A stretch of DNA of 64,000 nucleotides, taken from assembly GCA_964444345.1 (NCBI GenBank), contig CAYUGU010000001.1, positions 6,861-70,860 of the forward strand. The letters run 5' to 3'. The stretch is from an uncultured Bacteroides sp. Its GTDB lineage: Bacteria; Bacteroidota; Bacteroidia; Bacteroidales; Muribaculaceae. Positions 7,501-15,186 of the stretch are shown piece after piece. The position numbers and the translations under genes are program-made. Positions within the stretch are counted from its first letter, which is position 1; each line of letters starts with the position of its first letter. The notes beneath the pieces were generated by a model that searched no databases, had not been told where the DNA came from, and worked only from the letters and a program-made list of their open reading frames with translations.

Positions 7501-9619
7501 TCCGGTCCAACTTGAGGAGTATCGCCTGCCGGAAGTGGCCGTGGCCCTCTGGGCGCCAGCGCTGACTACTGCCCCCGACGGTTCGCTGCAGGTTGAGTTT
7601 GAGGCCCCGAACGCCAACACTACCTGGAAAGTGATGTGTCAGGCCTACGACCGCCGCCTGCTGACCGGCTCAAGCGTGGCCGAGATTGTTGCCGCCAAGC
7701 CGCTGATGGTGCAGCCTAACGTGCCCCGCTTCCTTCATGTCGGTGACCGCACGGAGTTGCGCGCAATGATTATGAACGCCTCCGACAGCGCCTTGCAGGC
7801 CGCGGCCTTCATCGAGACTTTTGACCCTCTGACCGGCGAGATTTTTGCCCGTCAGGACTTTGACTGCACCCTCGCTCCCGGCGCTTCGCAAACGGTTGCC
7901 ATGCCGCTGCAGGCCCCTGACCGTTCGATGCTCGGCGTCCGCGTAAAGGCCTCGAATGATAATTTCTCCGACGGCGAACAGACCGTGATTGCGCTGCTTC
8001 CCGCCGTCATTACGGCGCGTTCGGCTAAACCTCTCTTCTTTGCCGCCGATTCAACAGCGATTGAGTTTGAGGCGCCTCGCGGCTCGGTTGTTCAGTTGAC
8101 AACAAATGCCGCCTGGGAGTGCGTGACTGCCCTGCCCGGTCTCGCCGCCTCCGAGAGCAAGAGCGCTTTCGCCGCTACTTCGGCCCTGTTCTCAGCCGCA
8201 GTGGGCCGCGGCTTGGTCCGGACTTATCCGCAGATTGCTTCTGCTCTGGCAAAGTGGCAGCAGGAGGATTCCGTACTGATTTCAAAACTGAGCAAGAACG
8301 AAGACCTGAAGATTGCGCTCCTTTCGCAGACTCCCTGGCCTGCCGCGGCCCAAAGCGATTCCGAGCGTATGGCCCGTCTGCTTCTGCTGCTTGACCGCAA
8401 GGAGGCCGACCGGGTGATTGACGGAGCAATTGAAAACCTCGCCAAACTCGTGCGCAAAGGAGGCCTCGGCTGGACGCCCGACTCCGAAGAGGCCTCGCAG
8501 TGGGTCACCGAGGAGTTCCTGATGCAGATGGCCCAACTGCGCCGCCTCGGCTACCTCCCCGCCTCGTCCAAACTGCAGCGCATAATCTCCGGTGCCCTGG
8601 ATTATCTTGACCGCGAAGTGGCCCGCGATTACGCTAAATATAAAGGCGAATATCCCGACTATGCCGAACTCCGCCCGCAATTTCCCGAGGTGGCCCAGTC
8701 GGCTCCGGCCCGTCGCGCCCAGGCCCATACGGTTCAGTATCTCATAAGCCACTGGCGCGACCTCGGCTTCACCGGCCAGGCACAGGCGGCGCTGATTCTC
8801 CACGCTAACGGCTACCAAAAGACCGCCCGGACAATCCTTGAATCGCTCCGCCAATATGAGGCGTGGCGCCAAACCGGCCTCAACGCCGAACTCCTCAACG
8901 CCTTTGCGGCCATAGAGCCCGAGGCCGCCGAAGTTGACCTTATCCGTCAGTTCTTTATCGAGCGCAAGCAGGCGATGGAGTGGGGCGACGGCCCGCAGAC
9001 GTCTAACCTGATAGCGGCAATTCTCTCCTCGGGGAGCAACTGGCTTGTGCCTGCCGAAAATCAGATGTCGCTGAAGGTCAACGGCCAGGAGGTAAAGCCC
9101 GAAGCAGAAGCGATGCTCGGCTCCTTCCGCCTGGACCTCAGCCAAGGCGGCAAGGTTGAACTGACCAAGGGTGAATTTCCCGCCTGGGGCGGCATCTTCA
9201 CGTCGCTGACCGACAGCGTGACCGAGATTCCCGCCTTCGAGAGCGAAAAACTGAAGATAACCCGCCGCCTGGAGGGCGAACTGACCGTCGGCTCAAAGGT
9301 CAAACTCATCCTTGAGATAGACGCCACTCAACCGCTTGATTATGTGATTGTAAAGTCGCCAAGAGCCGCTATGTTCAGTGTGGTCAATCAACTTCCCGGG
9401 CGTATGTGGCTCCCCGGCTCGTCGGTCTATCGCGAGCCATGCTCAACCCTGACCAACTGGTTCTTCTCGCGCTTGATGAAGGGCAAGACAACCATTGAAG
9501 AAGAATTCTACATCACCTCCGAAGGCGACTTCCTCCTGCCTCCCGCCGAAGCCCAAAGCCAGTACGCCCCCGAATTTCACAGCCACACCGAAGGCAATGA
9601 AATTAAAAATGAAAAATAG
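4592..9619 (+). CDS. Alpha-2-macroglobulin / MG2-domain family protein, thioester-less
   Basis: 1675 aa, signal peptide, large beta-rich repeat architecture similar to the 24006..29477 paralog. The thioester position reads AWECVTALPG and no CxEQ occurs anywhere. The last 6 codons (EIKNEK) run into an A-rich 19-mer. Confidence 0.82.
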   Translation: MKKSIFIVILMSIFSNLSGLGAQPAKPDFAFPKTVSKNAEADLKTALHAKNGPATLNALIRYSLAQTAINPDDTEKVSEYLQKTSAKVSDPATKAMIRLLEAEMTHDSNMALEVWQQQADALKSQPVEDWKEVVVAQPQFFPTLYDFAAVKAPFDSVSLAMSEFYAERPLPRLYWLIGGGFSSRETLLKNYQQMKSYPESAYMLADLLNKGSQPREYAELYGLMQEWIALHGSSPYRSDVDNMVKHICYPMLSVESADVIAKGKTLKVKVTATCLNAGTLRIQQVKGTGARSESIKLNFEGTGYFNADTTLELRFDNYGVYRLTPEFDGLDKKDRSSYCEVTVTDLLLWRETFGSKTFNYALDALNGALQTDVEIAEVDRRLHGYRGADRFTPSLWAGKRYDYRQGERLYARVFTDRGIYHPGDSLRFAATIIELKGRNSSLVAGRKVDAILYNANHKAVDTLSLTSDNFGRVNGQFLLPSDGLTGNFSVEIPRLGSAYVTVTDYKAPTFEVKVDCERISATLIRVSGEAIGFNGFPISDAEVDILVDQLPRWVWFRNFRNEVEKDITSATARTGADGRFSLDLEIPDCSDESLSVRAIAASPTGETQEDFAFVPAKPYYISAEIPTYLERSQAPTIRALDAKGNEAKIPLRVELISQAYSAVVIADSTWTNVPSGLYNVKITAENDSLAFPYTQNSVYVYGLKDKMPPAEMSLFVPQRKVAPGDKLLVGTSFADSHILKTIWTDERILSQEWLAPAQGNMQMKVELPDSVKSAKITLMTLRNYQTEVVYIDVERPDILWSLNLKFSSFRDRMVPGERERWTISVADNLGQPAEAAVMLDVYSKALDAIMPFGWSFNLIHPGGNHLNLDYWFTRDISASNAKYFYIKKPLRISVPTFELYGRSWSFIMALEYQNVAFGSASVMMMEPDIAVVRELKSAPTAASGAFGDFASADTSEAEMYDEGAENGAAAPVQLEEYRLPEVAVALWAPALTTAPDGSLQVEFEAPNANTTWKVMCQAYDRRLLTGSSVAEIVAAKPLMVQPNVPRFLHVGDRTELRAMIMNASDSALQAAAFIETFDPLTGEIFARQDFDCTLAPGASQTVAMPLQAPDRSMLGVRVKASNDNFSDGEQTVIALLPAVITARSAKPLFFAADSTAIEFEAPRGSVVQLTTNAAWECVTALPGLAASESKSAFAATSALFSAAVGRGLVRTYPQIASALAKWQQEDSVLISKLSKNEDLKIALLSQTPWPAAAQSDSERMARLLLLLDRKEADRVIDGAIENLAKLVRKGGLGWTPDSEEASQWVTEEFLMQMAQLRRLGYLPASSKLQRIISGALDYLDREVARDYAKYKGEYPDYAELRPQFPEVAQSAPARRAQAHTVQYLISHWRDLGFTGQAQAALILHANGYQKTARTILESLRQYEAWRQTGLNAELLNAFAAIEPEAAEVDLIRQFFIERKQAMEWGDGPQTSNLIAAILSSGSNWLVPAENQMSLKVNGQEVKPEAEAMLGSFRLDLSQGGKVELTKGEFPAWGGIFTSLTDSVTEIPAFESEKLKITRRLEGELTVGSKVKLILEIDATQPLDYVIVKSPRAAMFSVVNQLPGRMWLPGSSVYREPCSTLTNWFFSRLMKGKTTIEEEFYITSEGDFLLPPAEAQSQYAPEFHSHTEGNEIKNEK

Positions 9620-9767
9620 GTAGGGCGGGGGCGATGGGGTTAGGGAGGAGAGGCTCCCGGCTCTCCTCGGGCCTTAGACCCGTTTCAGTCGTCGCGTTTA
9701 CGGCGGCGGGACGCCGCCTTTCCCTTGGTCCCCGTGGCGGCGCTTGGAAATCGCCGCCTCCCTACCT
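9618..9767. terminator. 150-nt GC-rich multi-hairpin element between convergent genes (probable compound bidirectional terminator or REP-like element)
   Basis: Terminal inverted repeat AGGTAGGG (9618-9625) / CCCTACCT (9760-9767). Internal hairpins: GAGGAGAG-N8-CTCTCCTC, GGCGGCG-GGA-CGCCGCC, GGCGGCG-N9-CGCCGCC. A-rich tract on the left (9599-9617), T-rich tract on the right (9768-9799). Confidence 0.5.
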
Positions 9768-9799
9768 TAATTTTGTCTTTTGTATTTTAACTTTTGTAT

Positions 9800-11329
9800 T
9801 TAGAATGGGGTTTCCGGGGTGCCGGAGAGGTCGGCGGTGCCTCCGCCGAAGGGGTCGGAGTCGCCGGCGGCTAAGGCTGTGTTGAGGGCCGAGGCGGCTG
9901 TTGACTGGGTAAATTCGGTACCGTTGTCGGTCCAGTTTTCGAAGCGTGCATACTTGGCGCGGAATCGCAGGTTTACGTCGCCCACGGCGCCCGAACGGTG
10001 TTTAGCAATGATAAATTCGGCGAGTCCACGCTTATCGGCGGCATCCTCGTAGGCCTGCCCGTGGAGGTAATATTCCGGGCGGTGGATGAAGCAAACAATG
10101 TCAGCGTCTTGTTCAATGGCGCCTGATTCGCGGAGGTCACTCAACTGCGGACGCTTGTCTTCCGAGCGCGATTCGACCGAACGATTCAACTGTGAAAGGG
10201 CCACAATTGGGATATTCAATTCTTTGGCTAACTCCTTGAGCGAGCGGGAAATCATCGAGACTTCCTGTTCGCGCGAGCCGAAGCGCATACCGGAGGCGTT
10301 CATCAACTGCAGGTAGTCAATCACGATAAACTGCACGCCCTTTTCGCGTACAAGGCGTCGCGCTTTCGTGCGCAATTCGAGAATACTCAGGCCGGGCGAG
10401 TCGTCGATAAAGATAGGCGCGGAGTAGAGGTTTTTGATGCGGGTCATCAGTTGCTGCCACTCGACTTCCGAAAGGCGTCCCGACTTGATTTTTTCGCCCT
10501 CGATTTCGCAGACGTTCTGAATCAGACGGTTAACAAGTTGGAGTTTTGACATTTCGAGCGAGAAGATAGCCACATGGGTGCTGTAATTGACCGCCATATT
10601 CTTACACATCGATAGCACCATTGCGGTTTTACCCATAGCCGGGCGGGCCGCAATAATGATGAGGTCGGAATTTTGCCATCCGGAGGTCATCTTGTCCAGT
10701 TCGGGGAAGCCGGTGTTGAGGCCGCTGAGGCCTGATTCGCGGTTGGCTGCGGTCTGGATGCTTTCGATTGCCTGGGAAATAATCGGGTCAATCTGGACCA
10801 CTTCCTTCTTGACGTTTCGCTGGCTGAGTTCAAAGAGGCGTCCTTCGGCCTGTTGGAGCACATCGTCAACGTCGAGTGTAGAGTCGAAAGCATTGTTAGT
10901 CACCTGAGAGGCAAACGAAATCAGTTCGCGCGAGAGATATTGCTGGGCGAGGATTCGCGCGTGCCATTCGATATTGGCGGCGGAGGCTACGCGCGAAGTG
11001 AGTTCGGCAATAAAGGGGACGCCCCCCACTTCGTCGAGAGTATTCTCCTTGCGTAGTTGCTCCGTGACCGTCAGCATATCGATAGGCAACTGGGCGGCGC
11101 CGAGGGCCTGAATCGCCTCATAGATTTTCTGGTTGGCGGGTTCATAGAAGGTCTCGGGGCGTAGGAGGTCGCAGACCGTCGGGTAGGCGTCTTTTTCGAG
11201 CATAAGACCGCCGAGTACGGCTTCCTCCACGTCTTTATCGTGGGGCGGGACGCGTCCGGCAACGTCTTGTGAGGGAGTATGTTGAGGCTTGTTCCGGTTA
11301 ACGGAGCGGTTATTGTCAAATGGGGGCAT
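9800..11329 (-). CDS. dnaB: Replicative DNA helicase DnaB
   Basis: 509 aa. N-terminal PPHDKDVEEAVLGGLML, Walker A GARPAMGKT, and IVIDYLQLM, ISRSLKELAKELNIPIVALSQLNR. Confidence 0.95.
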   Translation of the reverse strand: MPPFDNNRSVNRNKPQHTPSQDVAGRVPPHDKDVEEAVLGGLMLEKDAYPTVCDLLRPETFYEPANQKIYEAIQALGAAQLPIDMLTVTEQLRKENTLDEVGGVPFIAELTSRVASAANIEWHARILAQQYLSRELISFASQVTNNAFDSTLDVDDVLQQAEGRLFELSQRNVKKEVVQIDPIISQAIESIQTAANRESGLSGLNTGFPELDKMTSGWQNSDLIIIAARPAMGKTAMVLSMCKNMAVNYSTHVAIFSLEMSKLQLVNRLIQNVCEIEGEKIKSGRLSEVEWQQLMTRIKNLYSAPIFIDDSPGLSILELRTKARRLVREKGVQFIVIDYLQLMNASGMRFGSREQEVSMISRSLKELAKELNIPIVALSQLNRSVESRSEDKRPQLSDLRESGAIEQDADIVCFIHRPEYYLHGQAYEDAADKRGLAEFIIAKHRSGAVGDVNLRFRAKYARFENWTDNGTEFTQSTAASALNTALAAGDSDPFGGGTADLSGTPETPF

Positions 11330-12173
11330 ATTTTGATTTGATTAGGGTTTGATTATCGTTGTAGGCTTTCGTTTCAAGGATTTGGCGGGCGGAGACTCCG
11401 GTCTCTTTCGTGTAGGCTCGAACGATTTTCAGCGCGAGAAACAGGGCTGCCTGGCCGGGCGCGTTGCCGCTCAGAAGATTTGAGTTGGGCGCGGGGCGCA
11501 GAAGTCGGTCGGCAACTGAGGGGTCGGTTGAATAGAGAAGATCGTGGCCCACGAGCGATTGCCATAGCGCCGCTTCGTTTTCTTCACACCATTTCAATTC
11601 TTCGGGAGTCAGGCCGATAATCGTAGAGTCCGGCGCATCCATATTATCGTTGGCGGCTTGAAGCAGTGCGCCCTGATAGAGCAGACGGTTGAGCAGCGTA
11701 GGGTTGGCGCCGAATTCGGGCGGAAAAAGCGAGGCGATGCGGGCCTGCATAACCTCTGAGGGCAGACGGCTAATCGTCTTTCGATGGCGCAGATAGGAGG
11801 GGAAGATGCCTCGATAGCCTTCGTAATCTTCGCCGAGATAGTGATTTAGGCCAATATATATATGTCCGCCGGGAGTTGTAATCACGCTTTGGCGATAGGG
11901 GATAATCACGCCATAGAGGGTCACTCCGCTGTTGGGGCCAAGGGCGCGCCCAAGCACGGCCTCAACCGAGTCGAGCGGGGGGAGGAGCCTCTCGACGTCG
12001 GGCCCGAAGACGGAATCGGCGCGCTCGGTGGACCCGAGAATTTCGCGAAGTTCGGCGCGGGCTGCGTCGTCTGCCTCAAGAATAGAGTGCGGGGCCGATT
12101 GGGGCTCGCGGCGACATCCGGCAAGAACCAACAGGAGCAGAAAAAGTGGATAAAATGGCAGATTTTTTGGCAT
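11316..12173 (-). CDS. GldB-like / DUF2268-like lipoprotein
   Basis: Lipobox LVLAGC. The segment LTPEELKWCEENEAALWQSLVGHDLLYSTDPSVADRLLRPAP resembles Flavobacterium GldB as I recall it. The track start at 12182 is TTG; ATG at 12171-12173 chosen. The stop overlaps the dnaB start by 14 nt. Confidence 0.55.
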   Translation of the reverse strand: MPKNLPFYPLFLLLLVLAGCRREPQSAPHSILEADDAARAELREILGSTERADSVFGPDVERLLPPLDSVEAVLGRALGPNSGVTLYGVIIPYRQSVITTPGGHIYIGLNHYLGEDYEGYRGIFPSYLRHRKTISRLPSEVMQARIASLFPPEFGANPTLLNRLLYQGALLQAANDNMDAPDSTIIGLTPEELKWCEENEAALWQSLVGHDLLYSTDPSVADRLLRPAPNSNLLSGNAPGQAALFLALKIVRAYTKETGVSARQILETKAYNDNQTLIKSKYAPI

Positions 12174-12202
12174 TTTTGGCAATTTAGTTAGTTTTTCAGT
12201 TG

Positions 12203-12210
12203 CAAAGATA
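12203..12210 (-). promoter_or_regulatory. -7 box TATCTTTG for the GldB-like/dnaB unit
   Basis: Plus strand CAAAGATA, about 30 nt upstream of the ATG at 12173. Confidence 0.4.
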
Positions 12211-12233
12211 GTTCTTTAACCGTAAAAAATCAC

Positions 12234-12241
12234 TAATTTTG
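12234..12241 (+). promoter_or_regulatory. -7 box TAATTTTG for the amidase gene
   Basis: Matches TAnnTTTG. The TTG start in the track (12239) is part of this box, so the ATG at 12272 is preferred. Confidence 0.45.
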
Positions 12242-12271
12242 CAGAAGTTTTTTTCACAAGTTTTGAACGTT

Positions 12272-13339
12272 ATGCGCCCAAGGGTGATTTTTCTATATAT
12301 TATTGTGCTGTTGCTGACGTCCGTTTCGGTGTCGGCCAAGAATTTCACCGTCGTGCTCGACCCGGGCCACGGCGGCAAGGACTATGGCGCGGTCGGAGCC
12401 CTCACAAATGAGAAAACCATCAACCTCGACGTGGGCCTTGAGTTGCGTCGGCTGCTCAACGAGCAGGAGGGGATGAAAGTAGTGATGACCCGCGACGACG
12501 ACCGTTTCATTACGCTCCAGGAGCGCGCGGCGATTGCCAACCGCAACCATGGCGACCTCTTCGTCAGCATCCATGTCAATTCCGTAGACCGCAAAAACAA
12601 GAATCGCACCTCAGTTCGCGGCGCGTCAGTCTATGCCCTGGGCCTCCACCGGTCGGCTTCTAACTTCGAAGTGGCCAAGCGCGAAAACTCCGTTATGGAA
12701 CTTGAGGCTGACTTTTCAACCCGTTATCAAGGCTTCGACCCGAACTCGACCGAGAGTTATATTATCTTCGAACTGAGCCAGAACAAGCATCTCGACCAGA
12801 GCATCAGTTTCGCCGAAATGGCCCAAGGGGAACTTGTCAACACGGCCGGACGCGCCGACCGCGGCGTGCTGCAGGCCGGCTTCTGGGTGCTCCATGCGTC
12901 GGCAATGCCTGCCGTACTTGTGGAACTCGACTTTATCTGTAACCCGACTATGGAGCAATATCTTAACTCCAAGAAGGGCAAGCAGGAAATGGCGCGTGCC
13001 CTGGCCGATGCAATCTGCCGCTATGCCGGAATGAGCAAACCCGCAGTGCCCTCCATAGCGCCGACCGAGCCTGAGGGGCCGCAACCTGAGGCGGGGACTC
13101 CGGATTCGTCGGCCGTAACATATCGGGTGCAGTTCATCGCGTCGGACCGTAAACTCCAGAAGTCGGCCTTCAAGGGAGTTGAAAACGTTGACTATTACCT
13201 CCACGGAGGAATGTATAAATATACTTCCGGAGGCGATTTTGCTTCCGAGGAAGAGGCTGAAAAATATGCGTCGAAGATTCGCTCAAAGTTCCCGCAGGCT
13301 TTCGTAATCAAGTGGCAGAACGGGACGCGCCTCATGTAA
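12272..13339 (+). CDS. N-acetylmuramoyl-L-alanine amidase (Amidase_3) with C-terminal SPOR domain
   Basis: VVLDPGHGGKDYGAVG, DLFVSIHVNS, and a C-terminal VTYRVQFIASDRKL...KIRSKFPQAFVIKWQNG SPOR-like domain. Confidence 0.88.
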   Translation: MRPRVIFLYIIVLLLTSVSVSAKNFTVVLDPGHGGKDYGAVGALTNEKTINLDVGLELRRLLNEQEGMKVVMTRDDDRFITLQERAAIANRNHGDLFVSIHVNSVDRKNKNRTSVRGASVYALGLHRSASNFEVAKRENSVMELEADFSTRYQGFDPNSTESYIIFELSQNKHLDQSISFAEMAQGELVNTAGRADRGVLQAGFWVLHASAMPAVLVELDFICNPTMEQYLNSKKGKQEMARALADAICRYAGMSKPAVPSIAPTEPEGPQPEAGTPDSSAVTYRVQFIASDRKLQKSAFKGVENVDYYLHGGMYKYTSGGDFASEEEAEKYASKIRSKFPQAFVIKWQNGTRLM

Positions 13340-13384
13340 AAACAATTCTAACTGAAACCGTAACCTAAAAAGTAATAAAGGCTT

Positions 13385-14278
13385 ATGAAATCAAAAAAAC
13401 TGGTCTACATCGGCTTGTCGGCCATTATCGCTCTCCTTATTCTCGTCTTCGGCATCAACTTCCTGAAGGGTATCAATCTTTTCCATACCTCCAACTATTA
13501 TTTTGTGAGTTATGAGTCGGTTACCGGCCTTAACGTCTCGGCGCCCGTGACTGCCAACGGCTTCAAGATTGGTCAGGTACGCGAAATGAACTATGAATTT
13601 GACAATCCCGGCCATGTCCGTGTAGAACTCGCTCTCGACCCCGCGCTGAAAATACCGGAAGGCACAGTGGCAGTGCTTGGCACAGACTTGCTCGGCACGG
13701 CTACCATCTCGCTCGATATGCCTAAGTCCACGAACTATGTCGCCGTAGGTGAGCAACTTCCCGGGCGACTTGCCGGAGGCCTTATGGATAACCTGCAAAG
13801 CGACCTGATGCCCTCGATTGAGGGAGTAATGCCTAAGGTTGATTCGCTGCTCGCGGCTCTCACGGCTGTTGTTACCGACCCGTCGCTTCAAGCCGCTATT
13901 ACCCGACTCGATAAGATTTCGGCCGACCTGCAGACGCTTTCGGGTAATATGGCCGAGGCTACAAAGCCGCTCCCGGCCGTTGTTGGTAAGGCTGATAAAA
14001 CTATGGCCGAATTGCAGGTTATGTCCGGACGCCTGGACTCTTTGTCGGCCACGCTCAACGCCCTGCCTTTGGAGTCAACCGTAGCCAATGTGGAGGCTAT
14101 TTCGCAGAACCTCAAGCAACTGACTGCACAACTGCAGACCAAGGATTCTTCGCTCGGCTTGCTGATTAACGATCGCGGCCTCTACGATAATCTCAACAAT
14201 ACAGTCAACTCGCTCGACTCGCTCCTGGTCGACATCAAAGCCAACCCCAAGCGCTACATCAACGTCAAAGTCTTCTAA
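13385..14278 (+). CDS. MlaD/MCE family protein
   Basis: 297 aa. N-terminal TM helix, MCE domain (YFVSYESVTGLNVSAPVTANGFKIGQVREM), helical C-terminus. Confidence 0.85.
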   Translation: MKSKKLVYIGLSAIIALLILVFGINFLKGINLFHTSNYYFVSYESVTGLNVSAPVTANGFKIGQVREMNYEFDNPGHVRVELALDPALKIPEGTVAVLGTDLLGTATISLDMPKSTNYVAVGEQLPGRLAGGLMDNLQSDLMPSIEGVMPKVDSLLAALTAVVTDPSLQAAITRLDKISADLQTLSGNMAEATKPLPAVVGKADKTMAELQVMSGRLDSLSATLNALPLESTVANVEAISQNLKQLTAQLQTKDSSLGLLINDRGLYDNLNNTVNSLDSLLVDIKANPKRYINVKVF

Positions 14279-14283
14279 ATTTG
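14276..14283 (+). promoter_or_regulatory. -7 box TAAATTTG for the KilA-N gene
   Basis: Overlaps the MlaD stop codon. The ATG at 14300 lies 16 nt downstream. Confidence 0.4.
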
Positions 14284-14299
14284 TTTAGAATTTAAGGCT

Positions 14300-15118
14300 A
14301 TGGCAAAAATAATTGTCAAGGATACTAATATATCTATTCTCAATATTGGGGGTGAAGACTTCGTGTCCTTAACTGATTTGGCCCGACATAAGAGTGATGA
14401 CCCAACTGCGGTTATTGGGAATTGGTTGCGAAATCGTAATACAATAGAGTTTCTCGGCATTTGGGAAAGTCTCTATAACCCGAATTTTAAACACCTCGAA
14501 TTCGAGGGGTTTAAACGAGAAGCCGGTTTGAACGCTTTTACTTTATCGCCGAAAAAATGGATTGAATCCACAAATGCAGTTGGTTTAATTTCGAAATCAG
14601 GAAGATACGGGGGAACTTATGCCCATAAGGATATTGCATTCAAGTTTGCCGGTTGGATTTCAGTTGAGTTCGAATTGTATATTGTTAAAGAGTTCCAACG
14701 CCTAAAGGCGGAAGAACAAAAGACATTGGGATGGTCAGCGAAACGTGAATTGTCAAAAATCAATTATCGTATTCATACCGATGCTATTAAAAATAATCTT
14801 ATTCCGCCGAAAGTAACTAAAACTCAGGCTAGCATGATATATGCAAGTGAGGCGGATGTTTTGAATGTTGCTTTGTTTGGATTGACTGCACAACAGTGGC
14901 GTCAGGCTAATCCGGAATTGAAAGGGAATATACGCGATTATGCTTCAGTGAATGAATTAATCTGTCTTTCAAATATGGAGAACCTAAATTCTATTTTCAT
15001 TGAGCAAGGAATATCACAGCCTGAACGACTTGTTAAATTAAATCAAATTGCAATACATCAGATGAGGGTGTTGGAGAACACCGAAGGAGGCAATTACAGG
15101 CATTTATTAAAAAGTTAG
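14300..15118 (+). CDS. KilA-N domain-containing protein
   Basis: 272 aa. N-terminal ...FVSLTDLARHK...NWLRNRNTIEFLGIWE...GGTYAHKDIAFKFAGWISVEFELYIV fits the KilA-N DNA-binding fold. The gene is strikingly AT-rich compared with both neighbours. Confidence 0.75.
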   Translation: MAKIIVKDTNISILNIGGEDFVSLTDLARHKSDDPTAVIGNWLRNRNTIEFLGIWESLYNPNFKHLEFEGFKREAGLNAFTLSPKKWIESTNAVGLISKSGRYGGTYAHKDIAFKFAGWISVEFELYIVKEFQRLKAEEQKTLGWSAKRELSKINYRIHTDAIKNNLIPPKVTKTQASMIYASEADVLNVALFGLTAQQWRQANPELKGNIRDYASVNELICLSNMENLNSIFIEQGISQPERLVKLNQIAIHQMRVLENTEGGNYRHLLKS

Positions 15119-15133
15119 TTTAAATAATAAATA

Positions 15134-15170
15134 ATTATAGCGGCATCAGAGTTCCTGATGCCGCTATAAT
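15134..15170. terminator. Bidirectional hairpin terminator (16-bp perfect stem)
   Basis: ATTATAGCGGCATCAG-agttc-CTGATGCCGCTATAAT between the convergent KilA-N and patatin genes, with A/T-rich flanks. Confidence 0.75.
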
Positions 15171-15186
15171 TCTGTCCTCTATGGGT

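Noticed and set aside
9634-9885. 83-aa ORF running through the GC-rich hairpin element and into dnaB
   Set aside because: The Arg/Gly/Pro-rich translation is produced by palindromic GC-rich DNA. It overlaps the dnaB 3' end and has no promoter or coding-like signal.
14276-15170. Calling the low-GC islets (this one, 36.1-37.1 kb and 41.5-42.2 kb) mobile elements
   Set aside because: I could not see an integrase, transposase, terminal inverted repeats or flanking direct repeats. Only the compositional contrast supports acquisition, so they are reported as findings and not as mobile_element features.
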